From Spirochaetia bacterium (lineage in GTDB: Bacteria > Spirochaetota > Spirochaetia > SZUA-6 > Bin103): a DNA stretch of 64,000 nt. Positions within the stretch are counted from its first letter, which is position 1; every line of letters starts with the position of its first letter. Made by a program: the position numbers and the translations under genes. The stretch is taken from contig CBDBOV010000004.1 in the NCBI GenBank assembly GCA_965208575.1, positions 704,001 to 768,000 of the forward strand, in the 5' to 3' direction. The notes beneath the pieces were generated by a model, which was given only the letters and a program-made list of their open reading frames with translations, was not told the origin of the DNA and made no database searches. This document shows, in pieces, positions 48,827-57,743 of this stretch.

Positions 48827-49702
48827 ATGACTGAGTTCTTTCGCAGGCTGGTCAAGGAGAAGCCGCTGAGCATCGTCGCCGGGGTGGTCATCCTGCTGTT
48901 GATCCTGGTGGCGATCTTTGCCGATGTGCTGGCGCCTTACCCGCATGATGAAGTCAACATCGTGGATCGAATGCAGGCGCCCTCCAACCGGTACCTGTTG
49001 GGCACCGACCAGTTGGGACGAGACCTGCTGAGCCGCCTCGTGTTCGGGGCCCGGATATCGCTGACCGTCGGTCTGGCGGCGACCACCGTCAACGTCGTGG
49101 TGGCGGTGCTGATCGGCGGCGTCTCGGGGTTCTTCGGCGGTCGACTCGACCTGGCGATGCAGCGCTTCGTCGACGCCTGGATGGCGTTCCCGGGGCTGCT
49201 GCTGTTGCTCACCATCATGTCGCTGGTGGGGCGGGGGTTGCCGCAGATCATCGTGGTGCTGGGGGTAACGGGCGGCATTGGCGGTTCGCGAGTGGTCCGC
49301 GGCGCGGTGATCGGCGTCAAGGAGAATGCCTACTTTCAGGCGGCCGAGGCGATCGGCGGCACCCGGTGGAGAACCCTGATCCACCACGTCCTGCCCAACA
49401 TCGCGGCTCCGGTGATCATCATTTTCACCATCAACGTGGGTGGCGTGATCATCAGCGAGGCTGCGCTGAGCTTTCTTGGATTTGGACTGCCGATCTCGGT
49501 GCCGAGCTGGGGTGGGATGCTGAGCCGGGAAGGGCGCGAGTTCATGGAGGTGGCGCCGCGGCTGGCGCTGTGGCCCGGGCTGTGCCTGACCGTTGTCGTG
49601 TACTGCCTGAACATGTTCGGCGACGCCGTGCGCGACTTGCTCGACCCGCGGCTGCGCGGCGGTGGCGGCCGTCTCGGCGCCGATCGCGCTACGCCGGTGT
49701 AG
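48827..49702 (+). CDS. ABC transporter permease (DppC/OppC-like)
   Basis: LGTDQLGRD, HVLPN, EAALSFLGFG, PSWG, GDAVRDLLDPR. Confidence 0.93.
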   Translation: MTEFFRRLVKEKPLSIVAGVVILLLILVAIFADVLAPYPHDEVNIVDRMQAPSNRYLLGTDQLGRDLLSRLVFGARISLTVGLAATTVNVVVAVLIGGVSGFFGGRLDLAMQRFVDAWMAFPGLLLLLTIMSLVGRGLPQIIVVLGVTGGIGGSRVVRGAVIGVKENAYFQAAEAIGGTRWRTLIHHVLPNIAAPVIIIFTINVGGVIISEAALSFLGFGLPISVPSWGGMLSREGREFMEVAPRLALWPGLCLTVVVYCLNMFGDAVRDLLDPRLRGGGGRLGADRATPV

Positions 49703-49877
49703 TGTAGATCAGCCCGCCGATCGGGCGGTCGTGAGGCGGGCAGCCGCGCGCGGTGCGTGAACGAGACGGTGGGGGTTGCGGGGCTCACTCACCGCAGTGT
49801 TCGACGGTCCCGTCTCGCGTTCCTGTGTAGCTCCGTTCGCCCGCCGCGCCGTCGCCGCCGCGCCAACGGCCGTGCGG

Positions 49878-51635
49878 TCAACGCTGCACGGCGTCGCAGT
49901 ACACCAGTTCCCAGCCGTGGAAGACCACGATCAAACCGGTGAAGCGCACGCCGGGAAACTGCCGCGACAACCGCTCGTCCGCCAGGTAGCGCAGCAGTTG
50001 CGCCTGCGCCTCCTCGACCACCGTAGTGACCTCGGCCTGATCCGTCGACTCGGAGCGCGCGCGATACTTGAGTTCGATCAGGTAGCCGCGTTGCAGTTGC
50101 GGGTAGCGGGCGATCAGCGGCTCCAGCGCGATATCCGCATGGCCCTTGCCCAGTTCCGCCTCCGAGCGGAACACGTAGTAGTCGGCCACGCTCAGGAAGG
50201 CCGCCAGAAAGCCCTGTATTACCTTCTCGCCGGCGATGTAGTCGCGGATTCCCGTCTGCCGCGCGATCGCCTCGCCCAGGAACTCCAACACGGGCCGCCA
50301 TTCGCCCTCGGTCGCCATCCGAAGCATCAACTGCTCGAACCGGAACAGGTCGACCGAAAACACCTCCACGTCGCGGTAGGCGTCGCGCAGGTAGCCGTAC
50401 ATCAGCCGCTTCACGGTCTGGTTCGGGATCGCCAGCCGCGGCATCACGCCCTGCACGTCACGGATGCTCAGCAGCCCGAAGTAGTGCATCAGGGACAGGA
50501 AATTCTCCCGCTTGGTGAGGTCCTTGAGCGGAAAGCCGGGCTGGATGCGAGTATCCACCTGCTCCTCGGCGATGACGTCGCGCAACAGGTCGAAGTTGCC
50601 GTTGAGTTGCCGCCCGGTCACCAGCAGGTGGCGCAGCTTGCCGTAGTCGATGCGTACGTTGGTGTCGATCAGGTATTCCGGTACCTCTCGGTTCGGGATC
50701 GAGTTGTCCAAGTAGTAGAGCACCATGTCGGAGTTGTACAGGTCGGTGTCGGCGGTCCTCGCGAATCGGTAGCCGTTGTACCACTCGCCCATTGTGCCCA
50801 TGGCGGTAGCGACCTCCTGGTTGAACACGCCCAGCTCCCGGTAGGTCTCCACCAAGCGCCGCACCTCCTGTATGGTGAAGCCGACCATCTCGTTGAAGTC
50901 CGGGTGCAGGCTGATGTTCTTGCCGATGTTGAAGCCGCTGGTCACGTCGTCCATGGTGATCGGTGACACGCCGGTGATGAACAGCCGCTCCAGGCCGCCG
51001 CCGCTGCGGTCCGCGCCGCCCTTCAGGGTGGCGAAGAAGTTGCGGTAGAAGCCGCCGCCGTGGGTAAAGGAGTGGTACGCCTCCGCGCCGTGGTACGCCA
51101 GCACCGTGTTGGCGAAGTTGTCGTACTCGTCGATCAGCACGTACAGCGGGATCTCATGGTCGCCCGCGTACCGGAACAGCACCCCAAGCTTGGCGCTGAT
51201 GGAGGGCGGCGTGAGGATCCGCTGCAGCACCGCTTCGGGAAACAGGTCGGGATGCCGCTCCAGTGTCCCCTGCAGCTCCGTGTGGCAGTAGGTTTCGAAC
51301 TCCCGCTCCAGCGTTTCCAGCTTGTCGTTGACCATCGAGAAGTTGAAGCGCAGGGTGACGTAGCGGCTCTGTTCCCCGGTCGGACCCTGCCCAATGTCGG
51401 TGTCGGCGAAGGTGGCGTCGAAGTCGTCCGCCCAGAAGCGGTCGTAGTAGTTCTCCAGCAGGGACACCCACAGCGACTTGCCGAACCGGCGCGGACGGAT
51501 CAGGAAGGCGTAGCGCTCCTCCTCCAGGCGCCGCAGGAAGGGGGTCTTGTCGACGTACAGCCACCGGTTCAGGCGGATGCGCCTGAAGTCGGCCTCGCCG
51601 TAGGGAATGCGCGGGTGCGTGGGTGGCGTGTTCAC
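49878..51635 (-). CDS. AAA-ATPase-like + PD-(D/E)XK nuclease domain protein (copy 2)
   Basis: Same motifs as 43304-45061; closely similar paralog. Confidence 0.9.
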   Translation of the reverse strand: MNTPPTHPRIPYGEADFRRIRLNRWLYVDKTPFLRRLEEERYAFLIRPRRFGKSLWVSLLENYYDRFWADDFDATFADTDIGQGPTGEQSRYVTLRFNFSMVNDKLETLEREFETYCHTELQGTLERHPDLFPEAVLQRILTPPSISAKLGVLFRYAGDHEIPLYVLIDEYDNFANTVLAYHGAEAYHSFTHGGGFYRNFFATLKGGADRSGGGLERLFITGVSPITMDDVTSGFNIGKNISLHPDFNEMVGFTIQEVRRLVETYRELGVFNQEVATAMGTMGEWYNGYRFARTADTDLYNSDMVLYYLDNSIPNREVPEYLIDTNVRIDYGKLRHLLVTGRQLNGNFDLLRDVIAEEQVDTRIQPGFPLKDLTKRENFLSLMHYFGLLSIRDVQGVMPRLAIPNQTVKRLMYGYLRDAYRDVEVFSVDLFRFEQLMLRMATEGEWRPVLEFLGEAIARQTGIRDYIAGEKVIQGFLAAFLSVADYYVFRSEAELGKGHADIALEPLIARYPQLQRGYLIELKYRARSESTDQAEVTTVVEEAQAQLLRYLADERLSRQFPGVRFTGLIVVFHGWELVYCDAVQR

Positions 51636-51948
51636 TACTGTAGCCTGAGGCAGGCTCCGGCACTGACTCTATCGTCTCCAACGTGCGACGCGCAACGGAG
51701 CCGCCACGGGGTGGCACGGTCACTCCGTCACACGGAAGGCGATGGTCGGATGGTCGCGTCCCTCGAGTCCGCGTGCGCTTGACACCTCGGTGCGGGCGTG
51801 CAACGGTCAGCAAGGCAAGGAATGAACGGATGCGACATCACGCCCACGGCCCAGTAACCGACGGCAGTGACGCAGCCGGTCCCCCCGCGGCAACTACTTG
51901 AATCGCAAGCAATAATCACTTCGACTGAGCGCTCCGCGGCCTTCGTCT

Positions 51949-52851
51949 TCAGCTTCCGCGTAGCGGCCCGCTATCTGTGGCGCCGCCTACGGGCGGCATC
52001 GGCGGTTCGGTGCGCCGGGCGTGGCGGATCGGGTCGGCGCCGGCGAACAGCGTCCGGCGCCTGACGGCGGCGTCGCGCCGGCAGCGCTCGAAGTCCGCCT
52101 CGTGCAGCCGGCCCCGCGGTGGGTCGGCGAGGTCAAAGTGCCCGTGGCGGTCCTCGCCGCACGCCAGCCGGACCATCCAGCGCTCGCCGGTGCGCTGCCG
52201 CATCGTGGGCTTGATGTAGCGAATGGCCACGCCGATGCGGCGGTCGTCGGTACCGTTGGGCCCCGAGGCGTGGAACAGGTGGCCGTGGTGCAGCGAGGCC
52301 TGGCCGGTGTGCAGTTCGACGGCCACGCCGTCGTCCTCGTCCACGTCGACGGCGATCTCCTGGCCGCGGCTGAGCTGGTTGTCGGCGGCGAAGGTGTCGA
52401 CGTGCGGGACGATTGGGCGCCGGTGACTGCCGGGCACAAACCGCATGCAGCCGCTGGCGATGGTCGCCGGCGACAGCGCTACCCAGCCGGTGGTTTCCTC
52501 CACGTCGTCCAGGCCCCAGTAGGTCAGATCCTGGTGCCAGGTAACGACCTTGGCCGACTGCGCCTCCTTGGTGAACAGGTTTGCGCTCCACACCAGGAGG
52601 TCCGGCCCGAGCACCTGGGCCACCGCCGCCAGCAGCTTCTCGTTGCGGACCAGCGCGTCGAACGACGGCAGCAGTTGGTTCACGCTGCCGCGCAGGAGCC
52701 CACTCCGCTCGGAATCGTCCGCCAATTCCGCCTCGGCCGCCTCCAGGTCCGCGCGAATCTCCCGTGCCTCGGCCTCGCTGAGCACGTCGATCGGAAACAC
52801 GAATCCGTCCCGCCGATACGTATCGGCCAAACCGTCAGCGCCGTCACCCAT
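51949..52851 (-). CDS. Phytanoyl-CoA dioxygenase family protein
   Basis: YRRDGFVFP, WHQDLTYWG, PGSH, LSRGQEI, HASGPN; start approximate. Confidence 0.9.
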   Translation of the reverse strand: MGDGADGLADTYRRDGFVFPIDVLSEAEAREIRADLEAAEAELADDSERSGLLRGSVNQLLPSFDALVRNEKLLAAVAQVLGPDLLVWSANLFTKEAQSAKVVTWHQDLTYWGLDDVEETTGWVALSPATIASGCMRFVPGSHRRPIVPHVDTFAADNQLSRGQEIAVDVDEDDGVAVELHTGQASLHHGHLFHASGPNGTDDRRIGVAIRYIKPTMRQRTGERWMVRLACGEDRHGHFDLADPPRGRLHEADFERCRRDAAVRRRTLFAGADPIRHARRTEPPMPPVGGATDSGPLRGS

Positions 52852-53011
52852 ATTCCTGATACCTCGCAGACTGGACATTCGCCGCCCGCCGCGGCGGCGA
52901 TCCGGTATCATAGCATCCAGTCGGGACACCGGTCGGCCGACACTGGAGGCAACCGCCGGTGCGATTGCGGGGTTCGCCGGCCGATAACAAGAAGCAACAG
53001 GGGGCGCTGCC

Positions 53012-53392
53012 ATGATCAAGGGCGTACATACGATGTTCTTCTCGTCGGAGCCGGAAGCGTTGCGCGCGTTCCTGCGCGACAAGCTGGGCTTCGACTCGTT
53101 CACCGACGTCGGCGACGGCTGGCTGATCTTCGACCTGCCGGAGGCGGACATGGGGGTACATCCCGCCGATCCCGCCGGAACCCACGGCCAGCCCGCCGGA
53201 ACGCACGACATCTCGTTCTACTGCGACGACATCCAGGCTACGGTGGCGGACCTGAAGGGCCGTGGCGTGGTGTTCGACGAAGAGCTGGTCGACGCCGGAT
53301 TCGGCTTCACGACCCGGTTCGCGATGCCGGGCGGCGTAAGCGTGCAGCTCTACCAGCCGCACTACGGAAAGGCGCAGGCTGACGCACGGTAG
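53012..53392 (+). CDS. VOC/glyoxalase family protein
   Basis: FLRDKLG..DVGDGWLIF.LP, CDDI..TV..L, LYQP. Confidence 0.85.
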   Translation: MIKGVHTMFFSSEPEALRAFLRDKLGFDSFTDVGDGWLIFDLPEADMGVHPADPAGTHGQPAGTHDISFYCDDIQATVADLKGRGVVFDEELVDAGFGFTTRFAMPGGVSVQLYQPHYGKAQADAR

Positions 53393-53422
53393 AGGAGAGA
53401 CCAAGCCCGACACGGTGCGTGG

Positions 53423-55735
53423 TCACCGGTGGCGCACGCCGTGCGGCCCGCCGGTGAGCGGGCGTACGCTGATATCCGAGACAAGAACGGGGCCGGCGGC
53501 GGCGGACAAGCGCAACTCGGGACCGGCGGGACCGGTGCGACGCGCGGCAACAGTGTAGCGCGCGTCGACGCACAGGTCGACGATGCCGCCGATAACGAAC
53601 AGGTCGAGGGTGTAGGGACGATCCAGACCCGCCACCGGTTGCAGCGCCGCTTTCCCGCCGTCCGATGAGGCCCAGTCAAGGGGACCGGAGATTGCCACCC
53701 GCTGCCGGTGCGAGTCTACGTGTACGGCGACCCCGTTGCCGTCCGCATCGGCAAGCCCGACGGTGAACGTGGCGCCGGTGGCCTCGATGCGCAACCGTAT
53801 ACGGACATCGCCCGGAATCTCCGCCAGGCGAACGGACGCGTCCTTCGCTCCCGCCGCCGCCAGGCGCAGCCGGCTGCCGTCCCACGCCATCCCGCCCTCC
53901 CGCGATTCGGGGCGCAGCGCCATCGGCGAGCCGCTGGACGGGAGCATCTCCGGAACGAACTTGGTGCCCAGGCTGCCGTCCGGGAACGGGACCAGCTCGC
54001 GGAACAGCAGGTCGCCGCCCCAGCCGGAATGGCCGATCCAGCCCGCGGTCAAGCGGCGTCCGCCGCGGAACGGCGCCGTCTTGGAGAAGTTCAGGCCGGT
54101 CTGCGGCGGCGGGTGTTGTTCCTGCCACGGGCCGGCGAGCGAGCGCGACCGCCACAGCCGGTTGCCCATGGCAAAGTAGTGCCAGCCGTTCCAGGCGAAC
54201 AGGTGCGGGCACGCACCCATGGTGCCGGCGGGGAGAAAGGGCTCCGCCTGCCGCTGCCAGGCGGCAAGATCGGTGGACCGGTAGTGGGCCACCTGCGGCG
54301 TGCCGTCGGCGGACCGTTCCTGGGCCAGCAGGTGGAACAGTCCGCTGTCCTGGTCGTGGAAGATCGAACAGTCGGCGCAGCCGGTGGCGCTGGTTGGGAC
54401 CACCGGCACCGGATCCTTGCGGAAGCGGATACCGTCGCTGCTGACGGCGTGAAACACGCCGCTGCCGGCGTGCGGCTTGTCCTCGAACTGACAGCGGCCG
54501 CCACAGTCGGTGTAGAACGCGTGGTAGCGGCCGCCGTGGTGGATGAAATCGCCGGTCCCGATGGCGCACTCCCAGGCGTGGCTGAGCGGGACGGCGAGCG
54601 GATGGCGCTCCCAGTTCACCAGGTCGGCGCTGGACAGGTGGGCGTACTGGTGGGCGCCCAGGTTCCACTTGCTGGTGTGGTGGCGGCGGTCGAACAGGTA
54701 GAACAGGTGCAGCAGGGCGCCGTCCCACAGCAGCATGCAATCGCCGGCGTAGACGTTGTAGCCGCGCGGGCGCCAGTGGTGCGGCACCGGCCGCTCCGGA
54801 CCCAGGATCTCCACCGCCCGCTGCTCGACCGCGGCGGCACCGCCGCTGAGCCGGGCGATCTCCGCATCGCTCAATGCGCGGTCCCACAGCGCCACGTGGT
54901 CGATCTGGCCGTGAAAGCCGGTTGCCAACCTGCCCTCGTTCCAGGCCGCGCCGATCAGGAACGGCGGCTCGAAGCGGTGCAGCGCACCGTAGCCCCACTC
55001 CTCGTCCACCAGCACGCCATCCACGAACAGCTCCAGGTTGGGGCCGCGGAAGCGGAACACCACGTCGTGCCAGGCGGTCGCGCCGACCAGGGCTACCGGT
55101 ACGCCCAGGTGCAGCACGCCGGCACGCGCCTCGGCGAGGATCGGGTGGTCGGCGTGGCCGTGCTCGTTGAAGCGGATCACCGGAGCCGCCGGGCGGGTGC
55201 GCCAGCGGTACTCCAGCAGCGCCCGCGAACCCGCCAGCCGGTAGGGGCCGCCCCGCTCGGCGAACAGGTGGTACCAGGGAGTGGCCGGTCCACGCTCGCC
55301 TGCGCTTCCGTAGTGCAGCGGCTTGGCTGCCCCGTCGGTGCCGGACAGGATCGAGGCGAGCGCATCGTCGCGGTCGTCGCGCGCGAACAGCGGCGCATCC
55401 AGGCGGCCGGTCGGGTCGCGCAGCCGCATGCACAGGCTCATCGCAGCGCCGCGCAGGCCGCCACCACCCGGCCCGGCTGTCTGGAGATACCCGCCTGCGA
55501 ACTGCGCCACCGTGCCGTTGCCGCCGCGGGCCAGCGATGCCTCCCGCTCCGCCCCGTGCAGCGGAACGCCAAGCTGCACCGCACCCTGGACCGCCGGGTC
55601 GGCAGCTGCCTCACCCTCGCTCCCGCTCATGTGCCAGGCTACCAGCGCGTCGGCGAACGGGCTGGGGTCAAGTTCCGGGCTCATCTGTACGACATCTCCT
55701 TCCCCGTGTCCTTCACCGTGACTGTTTCGCTCCAT
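53423..55735 (-). CDS. LamG-like domain + GH32-like beta-propeller protein
   Basis: LamG motif (FHGQIDHVALWDRALS); HLFYL, HQYAHLSS.DL..W, GTG, WGG..REL...DGSLG; start approximate. Confidence 0.75.
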   Translation of the reverse strand: MERNSHGEGHGEGDVVQMSPELDPSPFADALVAWHMSGSEGEAAADPAVQGAVQLGVPLHGAEREASLARGGNGTVAQFAGGYLQTAGPGGGGLRGAAMSLCMRLRDPTGRLDAPLFARDDRDDALASILSGTDGAAKPLHYGSAGERGPATPWYHLFAERGGPYRLAGSRALLEYRWRTRPAAPVIRFNEHGHADHPILAEARAGVLHLGVPVALVGATAWHDVVFRFRGPNLELFVDGVLVDEEWGYGALHRFEPPFLIGAAWNEGRLATGFHGQIDHVALWDRALSDAEIARLSGGAAAVEQRAVEILGPERPVPHHWRPRGYNVYAGDCMLLWDGALLHLFYLFDRRHHTSKWNLGAHQYAHLSSADLVNWERHPLAVPLSHAWECAIGTGDFIHHGGRYHAFYTDCGGRCQFEDKPHAGSGVFHAVSSDGIRFRKDPVPVVPTSATGCADCSIFHDQDSGLFHLLAQERSADGTPQVAHYRSTDLAAWQRQAEPFLPAGTMGACPHLFAWNGWHYFAMGNRLWRSRSLAGPWQEQHPPPQTGLNFSKTAPFRGGRRLTAGWIGHSGWGGDLLFRELVPFPDGSLGTKFVPEMLPSSGSPMALRPESREGGMAWDGSRLRLAAAGAKDASVRLAEIPGDVRIRLRIEATGATFTVGLADADGNGVAVHVDSHRQRVAISGPLDWASSDGGKAALQPVAGLDRPYTLDLFVIGGIVDLCVDARYTVAARRTGPAGPELRLSAAAGPVLVSDISVRPLTGGPHGVRHR

Positions 55736-55849
55736 CGTCGTACGCATACCATGCGGGGAGACGGCGCGGTGCCGCAATGGCGGGCTCTCCATGGTTCCGG
55801 CGAGCCGCAAACATTCCATGCCCGTGCATGCATGTGGTACGGTCCCGGC

Positions 55850-56083
55850 ATGCGTGCCACCACCGAACCGCCCGACGGCGTTGGTCGGCGAGTCGTTTCG
55901 GCGGCGGCGCGGAACCTCAGGGGCTGCTCGCAGGTCATCGTGGACGCGCCGCGCCCCTGCTTCGACGGCGGACAGGACATTCGGCAGAGCGTGGCAGCCC
56001 GCGTGCGCGGCTCACTCAACCGGCAAGCGGCAGAGCGCGAACGCCGCCGCCTGGCCGAGATGAGGGCCAACTGGCGCACGTGA
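55850..56083 (+). CDS. Small hypothetical protein
   Basis: 77-aa ORF, GTGA-coupled to a 23-aa ORF (56080-56151) that is GTGA-coupled to the next gene. Confidence 0.35.
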   Translation: MRATTEPPDGVGRRVVSAAARNLRGCSQVIVDAPRPCFDGGQDIRQSVAARVRGSLNRQAAERERRRLAEMRANWRT

Positions 56084-56147
56084 TCGTTCTCGAGACTCCG
56101 ATCACTTCGACTCCACGAGTGGTCCGCCGCCTGCGCACCATGCAAAG

Positions 56148-57581
56148 GTGAGCGCGGGCATGGAACAACGCCACCTGGTGCTCGATTCGCGGGTGATCGA
56201 GCGCGCCGACGACGCGCGGCTGCGCGTCGCCGAGGCAGCCAAGAGTGCGGCAAACCCGCTGTTCGGGGAGGACCGGCCGTGGGAGATGCGCTTCGACAAC
56301 CTGTATCCCAACGTGTTGTGGGACGCGGAGGAAGGGCTCTACAAGTGCTGGTACAGCCCGTTCTGCGTCGACTACCGGTCGGGCGGCATGACCCTGGAAC
56401 AGCGGCAGGGCACGCGCTACAGCGGCCCGCCCGAGCGCGAAATGGCGCTGTGCTACGCCACTTCGCGCGACGGCATCGCGTGGCAGAAGCCGGAGCTTGG
56501 CCTGGTCGACTACCGCGGCAGCCGCGCCAACAACATCGTGCTGCGCGGGCCGCACGGCGCCGGGGTGGTCAAGGATGCGCGCGAAGCCGATCCCGCCCGT
56601 CGTTACAAGATGTTCACGTCGCTGTCCGAGCAGGAGCTGGCGGTGGCGTTCTCGGCGGACGGCATTCGCTGGGGCCGGTTCCACCCCTGCCCCGCCGTCA
56701 ACCCGTACCAGGTGGACGGCACCCACTACCACGCGCTGTGGGTAAAGGAGCGCGGCGAGTACGTCGGCTTTACGCGGCTGCGCGACCCGCGCAGCACCGG
56801 CGCGGCCGCGGTGGACGGCATCCGCGGCGCCTGGCCGCCGCGCCAGGTGGGCCGCACCGCGAGCGCCGACTTCCTGCACTGGAGCGCGGCCACCGCCGTG
56901 CTGGAGGGAACCGACGAGAGCCTGCAGATCTACTCGATGCCGGTGTTCCGGCACGGCAGCCTCTATCTCGGCCTGCCGGCAATCCACGACCAGCACAGCG
57001 ACCGGGTATGGACCGAGCTCGCCTGGAGCCCCGACACCGTCACCTGGCACCGCGTCTGCCCCGGCTCGCCGCTCATCGCCAACGCCGGCCTGACCGGCAG
57101 CCATGATTGGGGCTGCGCCTACGCCGCCGCCCACCCGGTGATCCTGGGCGACGAGATCCGCCTCTACTACGGCGCCAGCAACTACCAGCACACGAACTGG
57201 CGCGATGGCTTCCTGTGCCTGGCGACGCTGCGCCCCGACGGTTTCGCATACTACGAGCAGGCCCGCGGCGACCGCCCCGCCATCGTGGTGACCGCCCCGC
57301 TCGCCTGGAGCGGCGCCGCCCTGCGCGTCACCGCCGACCTGTCCCCGATCGGCTCGCTCGACATCTCGGTGTTTGAACCCGCGGCAAGCCGCCCCCTCGC
57401 TCATGGCCAGGTAACCCGCACCGCCACCGACTGTGCCGTGACCTGGAGCGACCCGCCTGCCGGCGCGCTCGCGGGCCGGCCCGTCCGCCTGCGGTTCACG
57501 CTCAACGGAGCCCGCCTCTACTCGTTCGGCTTCGCGTCCGATACCGCCCGCACGCCGGGCACGCCGGGCACGCCGGACTGA
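56148..57581 (+). CDS. Hypothetical glycoside hydrolase-like beta-propeller protein
   Basis: YKCWY, CYATSRDGI.W.KP.LG, S.DG..W repeats, LYYG, LATLRPDGF. Confidence 0.7.
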   Translation: MSAGMEQRHLVLDSRVIERADDARLRVAEAAKSAANPLFGEDRPWEMRFDNLYPNVLWDAEEGLYKCWYSPFCVDYRSGGMTLEQRQGTRYSGPPEREMALCYATSRDGIAWQKPELGLVDYRGSRANNIVLRGPHGAGVVKDAREADPARRYKMFTSLSEQELAVAFSADGIRWGRFHPCPAVNPYQVDGTHYHALWVKERGEYVGFTRLRDPRSTGAAAVDGIRGAWPPRQVGRTASADFLHWSAATAVLEGTDESLQIYSMPVFRHGSLYLGLPAIHDQHSDRVWTELAWSPDTVTWHRVCPGSPLIANAGLTGSHDWGCAYAAAHPVILGDEIRLYYGASNYQHTNWRDGFLCLATLRPDGFAYYEQARGDRPAIVVTAPLAWSGAALRVTADLSPIGSLDISVFEPAASRPLAHGQVTRTATDCAVTWSDPPAGALAGRPVRLRFTLNGARLYSFGFASDTARTPGTPGTPD

Positions 57582-57633
57582 CCGGTTGTGCGCCGCAATG
57601 CCGGCTGTTAAGATCGCCCTGCCCTTCGGGGGC

Positions 57634-57743
57634 CAAAGGATGCAAGGTTGCGCGCATACATAATCCGCCGGCTGCTGCTGATGATCCCGACGGCGTTCCT
57701 GATCAGCGTGATACCAAGGATGAATAGTTGCGCGCGTACATAA
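57634..57743 (+). repeat. Diverged copy of the RBS and first 21 codons of the downstream permease (80-bp offset)
   Basis: TTG CGC GCA TAC ATA ATC... at 57648 versus the real start at 57728. Confidence 0.9.

Noticed and set aside
48663-48900. 82-bp periodic repeat as a CRISPR array
   Set aside because: Whole units are identical with no unique spacers, they match a permease start, and no cas genes are present.
43304-51635. Paralog pair as a diversity-generating retroelement (TR/VR)
   Set aside because: No reverse transcriptase is present, differences are spread over the whole gene, and they are not adenine-specific.
2802-56083. Many long antisense or alternative-frame ORFs in the track (e.g. 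2802-4622, 6448-8589, 9615-11804, 14305-16812, 28506-30608, 53708-56083)
   Set aside because: Shadow ORFs expected at very high GC; they overlap well-supported genes and show no family motifs.
57551-57578. 9-bp tandem CACGCCGGG x3 (similar micro-duplications near 45114 and 45471)
   Set aside because: Trivial slippage repeats with no evident function.
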